Translations under genes and position numbers: made by a program
The notes under the pieces: generated by a model
What the model saw: only the letters and a program-made list of their open reading frames with translations
Told to the model about the DNA's origin: nothing
Database searches by the model: none
Origin: Isurus oxyrinchus
Taxonomy: Eukaryota
Length of the DNA: 64,000 nt
Assembly (NCBI GenBank): GCA_026770705.1
Contig: JANJGN010000035.1
Span: forward strand, 13,640,001-13,704,000
Direction of reading: 5' to 3'
Part shown: positions 25,716 through 37,419 of the stretch, in pieces
How the letters are laid out: each line of letters opens with the position of its first letter
Numbering within the stretch: the first letter of the stretch is position 1

Positions 25716-27399
25716 AATATGTTAATGAAAATCATATTCCTACAGACCTTTCTTTTGCCCATTTTGATGGCCACACCAACCTGGGATACAACAGCATGAC
25801 TTTCTTTCAATTTCTTAATTAAATCCACCGTGTTCATCCACAAACACGTAAATTCTTTACAAGGTTAAAAATAAACGGTCAACTTTGCCATTTATCACTT
25901 GACTTGTTTCCTTCCATATGTTCCCTGAATGCACCGCTTCCAAACTTGCCATGGGAGATATTTCAAGTTCATGGCTTGGAATCGCCTGTCAGTCCAATTA
26001 AGGACATGAAAGGCAATCTCTGCCGGGCCGTTTCCCTGTTTCCCACCGAGGGTTTCACTGTGAACCACCGAAGTTCTGAACACCATGCAACCTGGCGCAG
26101 TGTATTCCATTCACGACTCAGTGAAAACGAGGCACGGAAAAACAGGAAACAAATATTCTGCAGGGCGTCGTGAGTTAACCTTCAGCACATGTGCCCAAAT
26201 GCTTTGGTGGGTTTAACCCTGTCTCTGACCTATAGGCCCAAGAAGACACAATGGGCTGCGAGGCTGAGAACCAACACGGAAGTATTGAATGAATAATATT
26301 ACTAAATGCACTGCTCAGGAAAACGTGGGGAAGGGGACAATGTGGTACCTTTTAATGTAAACGTTGTCCTCTACAATCTATTCCTTACACAGACGATTAC
26401 AGCTCTCACAATTTAAGAAGTTACTCAGAATTCGCTTTCATCATTTCAGGGAGATGGGAACACTCTTTCTCACAGCCAAGAAAGTGAAAACGAATTCCCA
26501 TTCAATAACCTTAATATCTTTCCGTGGTTCACTTAGCCAATCATCTAAAGCCCCAAAGCAGGAACATGCGTGAAACAGTTGTTGTCACATCTCACGCTGC
26601 TGTGATGGAGCCAGTCCGAGATTGGGAGCAAGACAAGATACAGGGAAGCAGTCGGATTTCCTGGGAGGGGAATCATCTGTCGAGGGCGGATTCCGACTGG
26701 ACAATGTGAGGGGGCGGGAGGATCTGTTGTGAGAGCACAGAGAAGGGGACAGAAACTGCCAGAGCCCCAGAAACCTTTTTCAGCACATTACCTGATATTG
26801 AATCTGAGAGTTCAGGATTCGTGTGCTGCTTTTTCCACTGCCCATGATATGATGAAAAACAATTCCTGCTGCATTCTCCTTCGCCTTCAAGAAAGACTGA
26901 TATTGAGACATACCATGCTGAAATAATGCACCCGTAACAAACCGTTTAAACACCAGAGAAACATTTGTCAGATAACCATTGCTGTTTCTGCACTCAACAA
27001 AATGGGAGCCACTCTATTCACATTTTACTCTATTTAAATGCAGAGGTCCGCGAAATGTCCCAGGTTCCTCTATTCCTGCTGACTTTAGGAGGTAGATATA
27101 ATTCTAGAGGCTGCCATGATTAGTCTCCAGCAGAATAAAAGGGACAGGTGTAGAATGTGGTGATCATATTGTCGGCTAATTTGTTCACTGACTACACAAT
27201 TCATTTCCTACCTGATTCACACCTTCCTGACTTGTCCTCATATCCCTTGATTCTGAAAGATTCCTGAGAAATCATTGGCCTTGTTCTCGAATATACTGAG
27301 CCAGCACCTAATGTCCTCCCATATTGAAATTCCAAAAGGTTCCTTGGCACCTGTGCGCTCAGACAGCCTCTTTCAATCAAGATTCCCATTGACGTTGTC

Positions 27400-27680
27400 A
27401 GCGAGCACACCTCCTCCCCTCTTCCCAATATCCCTTGCCCTCTAAAGCCCTTCCTTCCCCATTTCTTTCCCCTCCTCTCATCCTTCTCCTTTCCCCTTCC
27501 CCATTTCCTCAATCCCTGCCTCTCCCTCTCCCCACACTACCCCAATCTCTCTAGGTCTCCTGCTCCCATTCTACACCTCAACACTTCCTTTCACTTTCTA
27601 ACCCTGCCTCTCTACCCCAATTTCCACTCCCCCTCACACCCTCCATCTACCCTGCACCCCCACTCCCCCTCCATCGCAAA
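27400..27680. repeat. C/T-rich low-complexity tract (paralog 61910-62140)
   Basis: Pyrimidine-rich tract at the same position in both copies. Confidence 0.8.
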
Positions 27681-27745
27681 ATGAGTGCAGGAAAATTCAT
27701 GGATACAATGAATGAGATCAGAGTCAGAAACTTCAGCGCACACCA

Positions 27746-27807
27746 ACGCCCGTCGCTCAGGTGCTTAATGAACCAATTCCGTCAACTGGAGATGCTGAGA
27801 CCTGCCT
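27746..27807 (+). pseudogene. tRNA-Thr pseudogene lacking the T-arm (paralog of 62210-62271)
   Basis: acgcccgtcgctcaggtgcttaa...ggagatgctgagacctgcct aligns without gaps to the clearer 62210 copy. Confidence 0.55.
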
Positions 27808-28519
27808 CTCAACTTATCACCAAATGATATGTTTCAAGGTTCCAACAAAGGGGAAAGTGTCTGCAGTTCATGTGTAAAGTTCCACCCGATTTAAACCTTC
27901 AAGACTGTTTTGCCAGTACAGGGACATAAAAACTCAAAGTGGTCCAGGGAAAAGTTCTGCACTAAATGTACCTCGTGGGCTGCAGCGGTTGATGAAGGCA
28001 GCTTACGACCAACTTGTCAAGGGCAACTGTGGATGAGCAATAAGTGTTGACCCAGGCAGCGAAGCCCACATCTCGTGTATGAATACAAAGAACTTAAATA
28101 TTCTTTATGTACAGGTCTAATGAGTCATTCTGAACGACCAGCTGTGATGGGAACTGAGATAAACCCTTTAGTAGTAGGAACTGAATAATCAATATGAGTG
28201 CATACACATCAGGAAATGCGGCAGGACGCGGGTGGGAGGGAATGATAATAGAGGAAGGTCTTGTATTCCCAAAACGATTGACTGCCCTAAAATATGCCAT
28301 TGCCAAAACTTAGAAAGTGTGACCAAATTCGCCTTCTTCCTTTCAAGGTGGGTGACATCACAATTTCCCGCCTCCAAGAACAAATGAAGTCGTTACCTTC
28401 ACCTGCAATTGGATCCCCGTTTTTTTTTTATCTTCCCGCTGATATTTCTGCAACTGAATGTCGCTCCTAAACTCACATCAGCCTTGAAAACATTGAGGGC
28501 CCAAGACGAAAATTCGGGG

Positions 28520-28860
28520 AGCACGTGTGCTCATGTTTTTGTTTCTAGACTTGTATTCGGAAAACCTAGGTCAATGATTTTTTGTGGACACCGGTTCGAA
28601 CCCACCATCACAGATGGTGGAATTTGAATTTTTAAAAATGTGTAATTTCATATCTAATGATTATCCTTTAACGAGTGCCAAGATCACCTATCTGATCCAC
28701 TAATGCCCTTTTGGCGAAGAAAGTCTGCTGTCTTCATGTGCTCCGGCCTACATGTGACTCCAGGTCCACAATGGAAACTCTTAAAACTTACCCCTGAACA
28801 AGAATGGGTTGCAAATGCTGATCTAATCAGTGACAGCCAACATCCCAGGATCACATTTTT
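28520..28860 (+). mobile_element. tRNA-derived SINE, copy-1 specific
   Basis: B box ggttcgaaccc at 28593, core ccggcctacatgtgactccagg, tail aaatgctgatctaatcagtgacagccaacatccca. Confidence 0.85.
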
Positions 28861-29376
28861 AAACAGGAGCCACATCACACGCTACCACTGTGACAGATCA
28901 AGTAATTGTTGCAGCGAGAATATTGATGAAAAAGAACAATCAGAATGACTGGGACTGCTTTTGTCGTAAATGTTCTGTAGGTGGCAGATTTATAAGGCAG
29001 GATATGGAGAGCATAGCTCAATGGAAAACATTCTGTGAATGCTAAATTTATCATAAATGATATGAAGCACCTTAGGTTGCAACTTGATCTATGTGGATAA
29101 ACTAAACAACTTTCAAGTGTCTGTCTTTCTGTGAGGACCATGTTGAAATTTCTGTAATGTTCTTTAATTGTGTTGTACCAACTCCTGATTTATGTGGAAA
29201 ACTGGAATTTGGTTGCATTTTATCTAATGGTTAATTTGAAATGTTTTGTAATGTTCTTTCAGATATCTAATAAATAAAGCATATTACTAACAAAGCAAGA
29301 TATAAGTGGTAAATTAGATAAATACTATAGCTAACGTAAGACATTGAAGATCGCTGTGTGAGAGCACATTTTCAAA

Positions 29377-29448
29377 ACCCATACAGCTCAGAAGGTGGAG
29401 CATCAAATTTGTATCTGATGGTACAGAATTTATGTCCCTGTTCGGGCG
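29377..29448 (+). pseudogene. tRNA-Lys(UUU) pseudogene
   Basis: Hand alignment gives 56/73 to canonical vertebrate tRNA-Lys-TTT; 3' gtccctgttcgggcg intact; B box and anticodon loop broken. Confidence 0.88.
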
Positions 29449-29746
29449 CTCTGTGTTTAAAACTGTCCTCAGATGAGGAAAGCATTTGTAATGAGCCTTC
29501 TCACAGATCTCAACTCATGTTCATTGTCATTCAGCTTCGAGACCACCTTGCCACAACTTTATTTGCTTCAATAATATTCTTGCACATTTCCAGCAAGGCT
29601 GTTTATTTTTAAAAAAAGCACGTTTTCCTCACTTGGAGCTTGATTTGCTTAGATATTCCCACTTCCGAGCGTGGAAAAATCGTTTCTCTGTTGTGATGAT
29701 GGGTGTTATTTCATTTAAATGTTTTTTTTTGGGAATATGGTCGCAT

Positions 29747-29886
29747 NNNNNNNNNNNNNNNNNNNNNNNNNNNNNNNNNNNNNNNNNNNNNNNNNNNNNN
29801 NNNNNNNNNNNNNNNNNNNNNNNNNNNNNNNNNNNNNNNNNNNNNNNNNNNNNNNNNNNNNNNNNNNNNNNNNNNNNNNNNNNNNN
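29747..29886. other. Assembly gap (140 N)
   Basis: Run of N. Confidence 1.
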
Positions 29887-30439
29887 AACTGGGGTAGGTT
29901 AATATAGACAACTTGTCCGTGAGGACTGAGGGATAAAAGTATAAAGTGGTTAGGGTCATGCATGTGTAATGAGAGAGAATGTGGTGCAGTTGAATTTACA
30001 AGTGAAGAGGTTGAGTTTAAAATATATTTCATTAGGTCACTGGAGACTTGTTTATTCAGGAGCGACCTTTCAAAGGGAAGTTAAGAAGTGACAATGAGCT
30101 TTTAGAACTTGCAAAGTTTTCACAGGTAAAAAACAAAATGGAAGTTGTACTAAATTATTTTAACCCAAAATAGAGCCATGATGAGATCGTATATTTTATT
30201 AGTGGGAGAATTTGGATTTCCTGTTTTGAAGACATTCACTTTAACCAACTAAGTCATGGCACTGACAGTATCGAGACAATACTAAATCCAATCTTGTCAT
30301 TTGCACCAGTGGATTTTTCTACACGCATTAATTGGAGTTGTTCGGACATGGTGAGGTCTTTGTAACACAGCGAAAGTTAGCACAGTAGTTTATACAGCTG
30401 AATTATTTAATATCCCAGTGGGAATAAATAGTAATATAT

Positions 30440-31129
30440 AATAATTTATATTTTTATGTGTTATGTTTGAGAGACAACTCCAAATTCCGGAAGCAGACTA
30501 TCTGTGCTCAAGAGGTTTTTATATTAAACCAAATGAAACATCTTATTAAGTTAAAGCACATTTAAGCACATACTCATGGCTACATATTACAGCTATCACT
30601 TTGAAGAAAACCACACACTAATGTCCGTTAAGGAAACAGCAACCCATGGACTTTAAGCAGGCACCAGCAAAAGCATTTTCACCTTACAAATCTAAAATGA
30701 GGTTTATACACTTTGGCTCCTTTGCAGACAGAGTGGTAGGCTTACAGGGTTTAATTTTACATTGCCTCTGCTTTTCATACACAAAACTGCTGCCTGTTGT
30801 AACCAGCACAACTCAATGAACGTAAATTCTCATTGCATCTCATGCCACTTTGAACTCCACCTCTTCTAACAATAAAATCCGTTTCATAGTTCTAGTTTCA
30901 TTAGTATTATAAATATATTGCTTGGTCTCTGCTAGCTTCGTGCCATATTTAACTCCCATTGTTGAATGTCCTTTTGAACAGAAAGCAAATTCACTCAACG
31001 TCTCTTATATCTCATTTGGTGTACATCAAAGTTTCCAAGCTAGCTGGCTTAAAGCCAGTTGACATATACCTATAGACCAGCACCTTATTGAAGAAAATTC
31101 CAATAGGATACATAAATAGCTTCATGACA
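30440..31129. mobile_element. Probable solo LTR (paralog starts ~63573)
   Basis: Copy 1 ends agcttcatgaca and copy 2 begins tgtcataac, giving TG..CA-type inverted termini; no coding content; TSD not resolved. Confidence 0.45.
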
Positions 31130-32024
31130 CAAATGATTGAAAACAGCGTCCGAGACCGCACATGAAAACCATTCTATTCAGTTGCTCCAGGAAAGAGCAT
31201 GCATAGTGCCGACAAATGGATCAAATTTCAAAATCGCACACGGGTATCATTTTTAAAGGCACATTTCGGTATTTAGATAAGCACGCCCTGCTGCACCAAA
31301 TCACACTCCTCAATGTCCACTCATCGGCCGACATTTTCTCCATGGCATGTGCGTGCCTGCTTGATCCTCTGGCAATTAATAGCCAAAGTCGCTCTCTCTC
31401 CATAAATGGCGCCTGAGGCTCTGAACATGTCGATAATTTCTCTTTTTATAATGTACATTACATTGGGGTAAGAAGAATGAGAGGAGATTGAAACACTTCA
31501 CATTTCAAAGCACTTTAGAGGATACGCTTTTTACAAAAAAAAACTCGCTTGTAAATGCAAAAGACAATTCACAAATAAAAACTGGAGTTGCATTTTTGGC
31601 TACAGAAAATGATGTCAGTTACATCGAAGCCGCATTCTTTCTTTCAAAATGTATGACATCACTCCCTTGCAACGCCAGGAACAGATGAGATCGTTTTCTG
31701 AAGCCTAGATCCATCCCAATCAATTTGAAACCTCCTACTTTCATTTCTATAACTCATTGGGCGTTCCTTAATTTACATTATCTTCAACCTATTCAGGATC
31801 CGGTTGGAGGAATGGCCGCATTATATGACACTGTGAAAGAGAGACCTGTAAGGAAGTGAGAAGACTGATGAAGAGGAGGCAAAGTGATGGAGTCGGCCTG
31901 TGGGTGTTGGAAGTATTTTGCAGTGGGCGGATTTGTTTGATTTCAAACGATAAATAAAATAAAGGGAAAGTGCATTTCCAGCTGTGAGACATTGAATTGC
32001 GCTCTGGGAACTGCAGCTGTAGAA

Positions 32025-32097
32025 TCCATGATAGCTCAGTCAATAAGGCATCAGTCTTTTAATCTGAGGGCCCAGGGTTCAGCTCCTTGTTGGGGCG
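32025..32097 (+). pseudogene. tRNA-Lys(UUU) pseudogene, best preserved copy
   Basis: 60/73 to canonical tRNA-Lys-TTT; anticodon loop cttttaa intact and T-run terminator 4 nt downstream, but G18/G19 and A58 are mutated and the acceptor stem is mispaired. Confidence 0.93.
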
Positions 32098-32209
32098 GCA
32101 CTTTTTTGACTGTGAGCGTCAAATCAGTTTGAATGGACCCCTGAGATGAGAGGAGCTCATTGTCAGTGCCATTGTATGCTTTGCCCTTGTTATGGTAAAT
32201 CTATGAGTT

Positions 32210-32315
32210 TTCTGCACTGAAGAATGGTCACAGGGCCTCGAAACGTTAACTCTGTTTCTCTCTCCTCAGATAAGTGCCAGAGCGGCTGACGTTTACCAGC
32301 ATTTGCTGATTTGGT
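32210..32315 (+). mobile_element. Penelope-like 3' end with minimal hammerhead ribozyme motif
   Basis: ctgaaga-atggtcacagggcct-cgaaacgtta (32217-32248) followed by ctctgtttctctctcctcagat. Confidence 0.7.
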
Positions 32316-34025
32316 TGGATATGACTTTTAATGTGGCCTGACCAGGGGTGTAACTGAGATTCAGATTAATTTGAGGATTATTGTAGTTATTACAGTAGTA
32401 ATTTTTCATCTTCAAACTTTCTTGTTTAAAACATATCTAATTTTATAAAAGAAAATCCGTTTGAGACTTGTTGGTCTTATTCACTGAAATGAAAGCCTGC
32501 ATCTCTAAATTGTAATAAAGCATCATGATACTTGTTTCATGTTTCCCTCTGGGATTTGAAGAACACAGCATATACCATTGGGTGTGTCATTATAATTGGC
32601 CAAACTGTCGGCCACACTTGAGAATCTGAAAAGCAATTATTTCCCGATGAGTTTTCTTCTTTACCAGAACTGATTCAGTAGTTGCTTCAGAATCACAATC
32701 TTTAAAGCATCTCTCGTTCTTAGTAGCTTCAATGGAGTTCTCACTCTTTCAGAATGTTGTCAGGCATTTCTGCGAGCTTTTTTTGCTGCATTTAGACTTG
32801 GCTCTTGATTGGCCGAGATTTCTCAAATGTTCAGGCTCTGGGAAAGGGAGCTTTCTCGATATCAAACCCATATTACTCTAAAAATACCGCGATAGGTCCA
32901 ATCATCATCAGCCTGACGTCAATAACAAGAAGCATTATGCAAATTGTCCTCAGTATTCAACCATTAAAAAGTGGAGTGGTGCTGCTGAATTTGCAATTCT
33001 TCCACACCAGGCTGATACACACCTTGTGTTGCTCTGATGAGTATCTGTAAGAATACCAGAAACTGGGACAGGATTAGCATTCACTGGCCTTCAGGACTGC
33101 TTCAACGTTAAATATGGTCATGTCTCATCTTGTCGTTAAATGTCACCTTCCTGACGTGTTCTCATGTCCCTTTGTTCTGAAAGGAAACCGACTTTTATCC
33201 AAAGATGTGTTGAACAAGATCAGCACATTCTCCCCGCCTCAAGAATTCAAAATTTGCTGAAGCAGTTTCATGAAGTGATTTTGATAGGTAAGTTGATGAA
33301 AGGACAGTCGCTGGGGACTGTCGCGCTGGCTGTCAAGGTCTCAGAACAAGCTTTCGGTAATTGTCACCGAGAAAAGGGAGATATGCTTCTTCATAGTCTC
33401 ATGAACCTTTTGAATTCTAACAGGGGAGAACTGTGCATGTTCGCTATTTATAATAGCGTCCGAGGTTGATATTTCAGAACAAAGGGATATGAGGAAACCT
33501 GCGGAGGGTGACATTGTGATAGGAGGAGAATCATGACCATATTAAATGTTGGAGCAGTACTGAATGGCAGCAGATGCTTCTCCTGCTCCTGTTTCTGACG
33601 ATTTTACATACACGGATCAGAGCAACAAGCAGGGCTAGTTTGACCTTGGAGTGGATCGAGTGAAGATACCGATTTTTAAGTGGTTCATCGGGAATATAAT
33701 TTGCAAACTGCAGGCTCCGATTGCCTGTTGTTTCTTCAAATTAAGATTAGACTGATGGAGATGTATTTGGTGTTAAATTTGTGACATCGGAAAAAACTTA
33801 TCAAACTTGCCTTATAGAACAGGAAGTTCTAGCCCAATCAAGGCTTCAGTCACAAAAATATCTTGCACTATACTTACAAAAAAAATGCCGAATTAAATCA
33901 ATGGTAACAATACATTGACACCGTTCTGCTGACATTTTAATGGATGCCCCATTTGGGTATTTTGAGGCTTTAGGGAAATCCAGTATCACTTGCTTAAAGT
34001 TCTTCTTTGAAACGAGATATACCAT

Positions 34026-34098
34026 CATCAGAACAGGGACTTGAACCATGGACCAGAAGAGTAAAAACCGAATGACTTACCGAACGTGGTAATTCTTC
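34026..34098 (-). pseudogene. tRNA-Lys(UUU) pseudogene
   Basis: gaacagggacttgaaccatggacc matches the reverse-complement T arm; 48/73 overall with no gaps. Confidence 0.85.
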
Positions 34099-34684
34099 GG
34101 CAGCAGTCACTGCATTGTCTGAATACAGGGCACATGAGAACTGTGGATGATCACTGATTATGTTCAAGTAAGGGAGGACATTTCCAGAGGTTCTGTCAGA
34201 TCAGACGTATTTGAAGACTGATGAAGAAAGTACGATTGATATGGAGGATGATTCCTGAAGATATTGAATGTAGGAGCAGTACTGATGGCAGGAGAGGCTA
34301 TTCTTACTCACTTATCTGTTATTCCTAGCGGCACTCAAGAGATCAATAAGCGGGATGATGTTGAAGGAATGCACATACAGCAAAACCTTTCCACATACTA
34401 ATTGGTTAATTTGCTGGACAGTTTGGAAACCCTGGCCTTCTGTTTTCTCCAGTGTGTTAAAATGAAAAGTGGGCTGTCAGAGATAACCATAGTGTTAAAC
34501 GGGTTAAACATGTAAAAACTGTTCCAGTTTGCTAAAACATGGGGTTGTTCATTTCAGAACAGAGAAGAGGAGATTTTGTTTTTCTCTGAGTATTCTAAAT
34601 CTTAGGATATTTCTGCCTCATATGGCGTTTTTCACTGAATATTATTCAGGTGGATGGAGGTAGATTTTGTCTAATTGCAAATTT

Positions 34685-34810
34685 AGGGGATGCTGGAAAC
34701 CTAAAACAAACTCAGAAAATGCTGGATAAACCAAGCATGTGTAATCGTAACTGTGGAGAGAAAAATAGAGTAATGGTTTTGAGTCCATACGACTCTTTTC
34801 AGAAGAGCTG
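34685..34810 (-). mobile_element. Penelope-like 3'-end fragment
   Basis: ggatgctggaaacctaaaacaaactcagaaaatgctgga...ttttgagtccatacgactcttttcag; interrupts a CR1 3' UTR remnant (~34480-34960). Confidence 0.7.
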
Positions 34811-36104
34811 GGTTATTGTTCAGAAGGGAATAAGAGGTTACGGGGCAGTTGGAAGGGTAAACGGGATTGGGGAGCACAAAACACAAACAGTTCAGAACAA
34901 TGATCCTATTGTATGGGAGAGCAGGCACGAAGGGGCAGAGTAGCCTACATCTGCTCATATTTCATATTTGCTGAAGAATGGGACATCTACGACAACAAAT
35001 GGTCAAGTCAGAATGCACTTTTATCTGTCAGAAAGGCTCGCTTGAAATAATCAACACGATTCCCAAAAAAGGATAAAAGGTATGAAGACTTGGCAAATAG
35101 GTTCGATTGTTAATACATTCCGAAGCACATCTCAGTCTATTGCAGTCAGAAAGCAAAATAATCAGCATCCACCACTTTCGCTGCTGTGGCTCACGTGATT
35201 TGAATACATGGAGCTGAACAAATCACCCCAAAAACGATTTGAATCCAAAAAACTCAAATTTATTTTTGAATCCTTTCACAACCGAGTAATAGTTTTGCTC
35301 CTGCATGGAACTTCAATCTCTCTCAAAATGTATCACATCCTCAGCATACATAGCGTTGCACTCCTGGAAATTTGCCCTCCACAGCCCAATTCCATCACAC
35401 GCAGACAAACTCCCTTCCCTTCAAAAATTTTCTTCCTGTCCAAATTCCCCGCTAGTCCACATAGCTGTGTAATGTGACTACTGCGCTTTCCCAAGCCTCT
35501 GCTCTTGTGCTCCTGATCTGTTGAAGATCACGTTAAGTGAGAGACCAAGAAGTTGCAGAAAGTGCTGCCCGGACGTTTGAAATTGATGGGTTATGTATTC
35601 AGGGTTGATGAAACTATGTAATTTGTTGTTGGCTCTGAGAAAGTGCGACATCATTCACTTTGAAAGCAAATTGGTGTCACTTGAGCAAATCACGTCATTT
35701 GGGGGCAGTTATGACTTTTACCAGAACGACGTTGTCCATTGGGCATTGCACGTTTTATGATCTTTCCCTACGTTTCCTGCGCTAGTATCCATCACACGGT
35801 CCTTACTTGTGGGACCTCGATCACAGTTCACCACACCATTTGATAGTTGCATTTCTCACTTTACACCTGATCATCAAGAAATGAACGAGCAGCTTGCTGG
35901 CCCGTGCTGAAAGACAAGTTAAAAAATCGTGTTGGGACCTCATCTGTGAAGGTTTGTAGACACCGAAAATATAACCATCAGGGGACACACCCTTACTCAG
36001 CGGGTCGAAACCCACAACTCTGGGAGGAGTGCAACATTACAAGATGTGCAATGCAGTTACTGATTTTTGGAGTAGGAATGAAAACTCAGTTTCTGTGCCT
36101 TGCT

Positions 36105-36420
36105 TTTATTCATTAATGACACGTGGGCTTCGCTGGCTGGGCCAGTATTTGTTACACAAACATTAATTGCCCTTTGCGAAGGTCGTGCTGAGCTGACTTC
36201 TTGTACCACTGCAGGCCATGTGGTACACACACACCCACAGTGCCGGTAGGCAGAAAGTTGAAGGACATGGACTCTGTGACAGAGAAGGAACGGTTGATAA
36301 GTTTCCAAGTCAGAATTGTGAATGATCTAGAGGGAACCTCTCTGTAGTGTTTTTCCCGTCTATCTGCTGCCCTTACCTTTCTGGATGGTAGTGGATGTGT
36401 TTTTGGAAGCTGCTGTTGAA
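36105..36420 (-). mobile_element. LINE 3' tail (family of 11615-12515)
   Basis: attcattaatgacacgtgggcttcgctggctgggccagtattt...accactgcagg. Confidence 0.8.
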
Positions 36421-37419
36421 TGAGACAAAGCGAACCCCTGCCAGCGCCTCAATGTCTCTTATTCGAAGCGCCTGAATGACAACTCACTTTAAGGCCTCTC
36501 TCTCTCTCTCTCTCTCTACACTGGCACCCGACATGAATATTTCTGCATTTTCTGTTTTCAATTTGATATTGCCTAGAATTGAGAAGAGTAACAGCTGATC
36601 TCATTGAAGCACATAACATTTCAAGGGATTTGACAGGGCAGATTTTTGGAAGCATGTTCCCTATGCATGGTGTTTCTAACTGTATAGTTAGGGTCATGGG
36701 GAGGATTTCAGGGTGACTAAGGAGGTCATTGCAGTGTGGAGAGAAAGGATGTTCGAGAGGTTTTGAGGGCAGAAAATATTTAACCGGAGGTAACAAATAA
36801 AAATGTACAATCATATTTTTCGGAGTAGCCTACAGGCCATTAACTACTGAGAAAGGTGTTGAAAACTATAGTAGGGGCAAATTATGGAGAATATGAAGAA
36901 TTATAAATTTATTATCATAGTGGTTGTAATTACCCTAACATAGATGGAGATATAATGGTGTAAGTGGCAGAGAGAGGCATAGATTCCTAGTATGTATTCG
37001 GTTTGGTTATCTATCACGAAATGTTTACTGTCCAATGACAAATGAAGCAATTTTCAGCCTGTTTCTGGAGAATGAGGTGCTTCAAGTGGATCAGCATAAG
37101 TAAGCAATCATGCACAGGACAACGATTGTGGTCCCTTTATGGCTAAGATTGACTAGGGAAGGAGACAAAGGGGCATCAAAGTTATCATTAAATTACTGGG
37201 GGAACGCCAACTGAAATGGGGTAAGAATGGATGTTCCCTAGATAAATATGAAATTAAAATTACCTGCCAAATTGCAACACAACAATGATTTGTATTTAAA
37301 GTTGAGATAATTTGCGTAATATAAAAGCACATTTCCAAAAAAGCAAGAGGCAGGTAAAATAAACTTTTTTTTTATTTTCTTGAACGTGAACGAGGTAGAA
37401 GTTGAGAGGAAATAGAAAA

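Larger units (their letters stand above)
1..31000 (+). repeat. Copy 1 of ancient ~41-kb direct tandem (segmental) duplication
   Basis: Colinear anchors: 10 acagaacaaagatttccatgcaaat ~ 40782 acagaacactgatttccatacaaat; 1866 ttcggctgaggcagagtacactcgcctccc ~ 47278; 11200 gtgacccgaacacct ~ 53672; 25950 ccatgggagatattt ~ 60457; 30110 gcaaagttttcacaggtaaaaaa ~ 63255; 30660-30860 ~ 63800-63990. Homology runs off both window ends. Confidence 0.95.

Noticed and set aside
29633-30032. ORFs spanning the N run
   Set aside because: Artefacts of the assembly gap.
35990-36050. Minus-strand tRNA-Leu-like T arm
   Set aside because: Only a gapped ~35-nt resemblance, with no D arm.
37125-37155. U2-like tggctaagat
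   Set aside because: About 10 nt only, with no extension.
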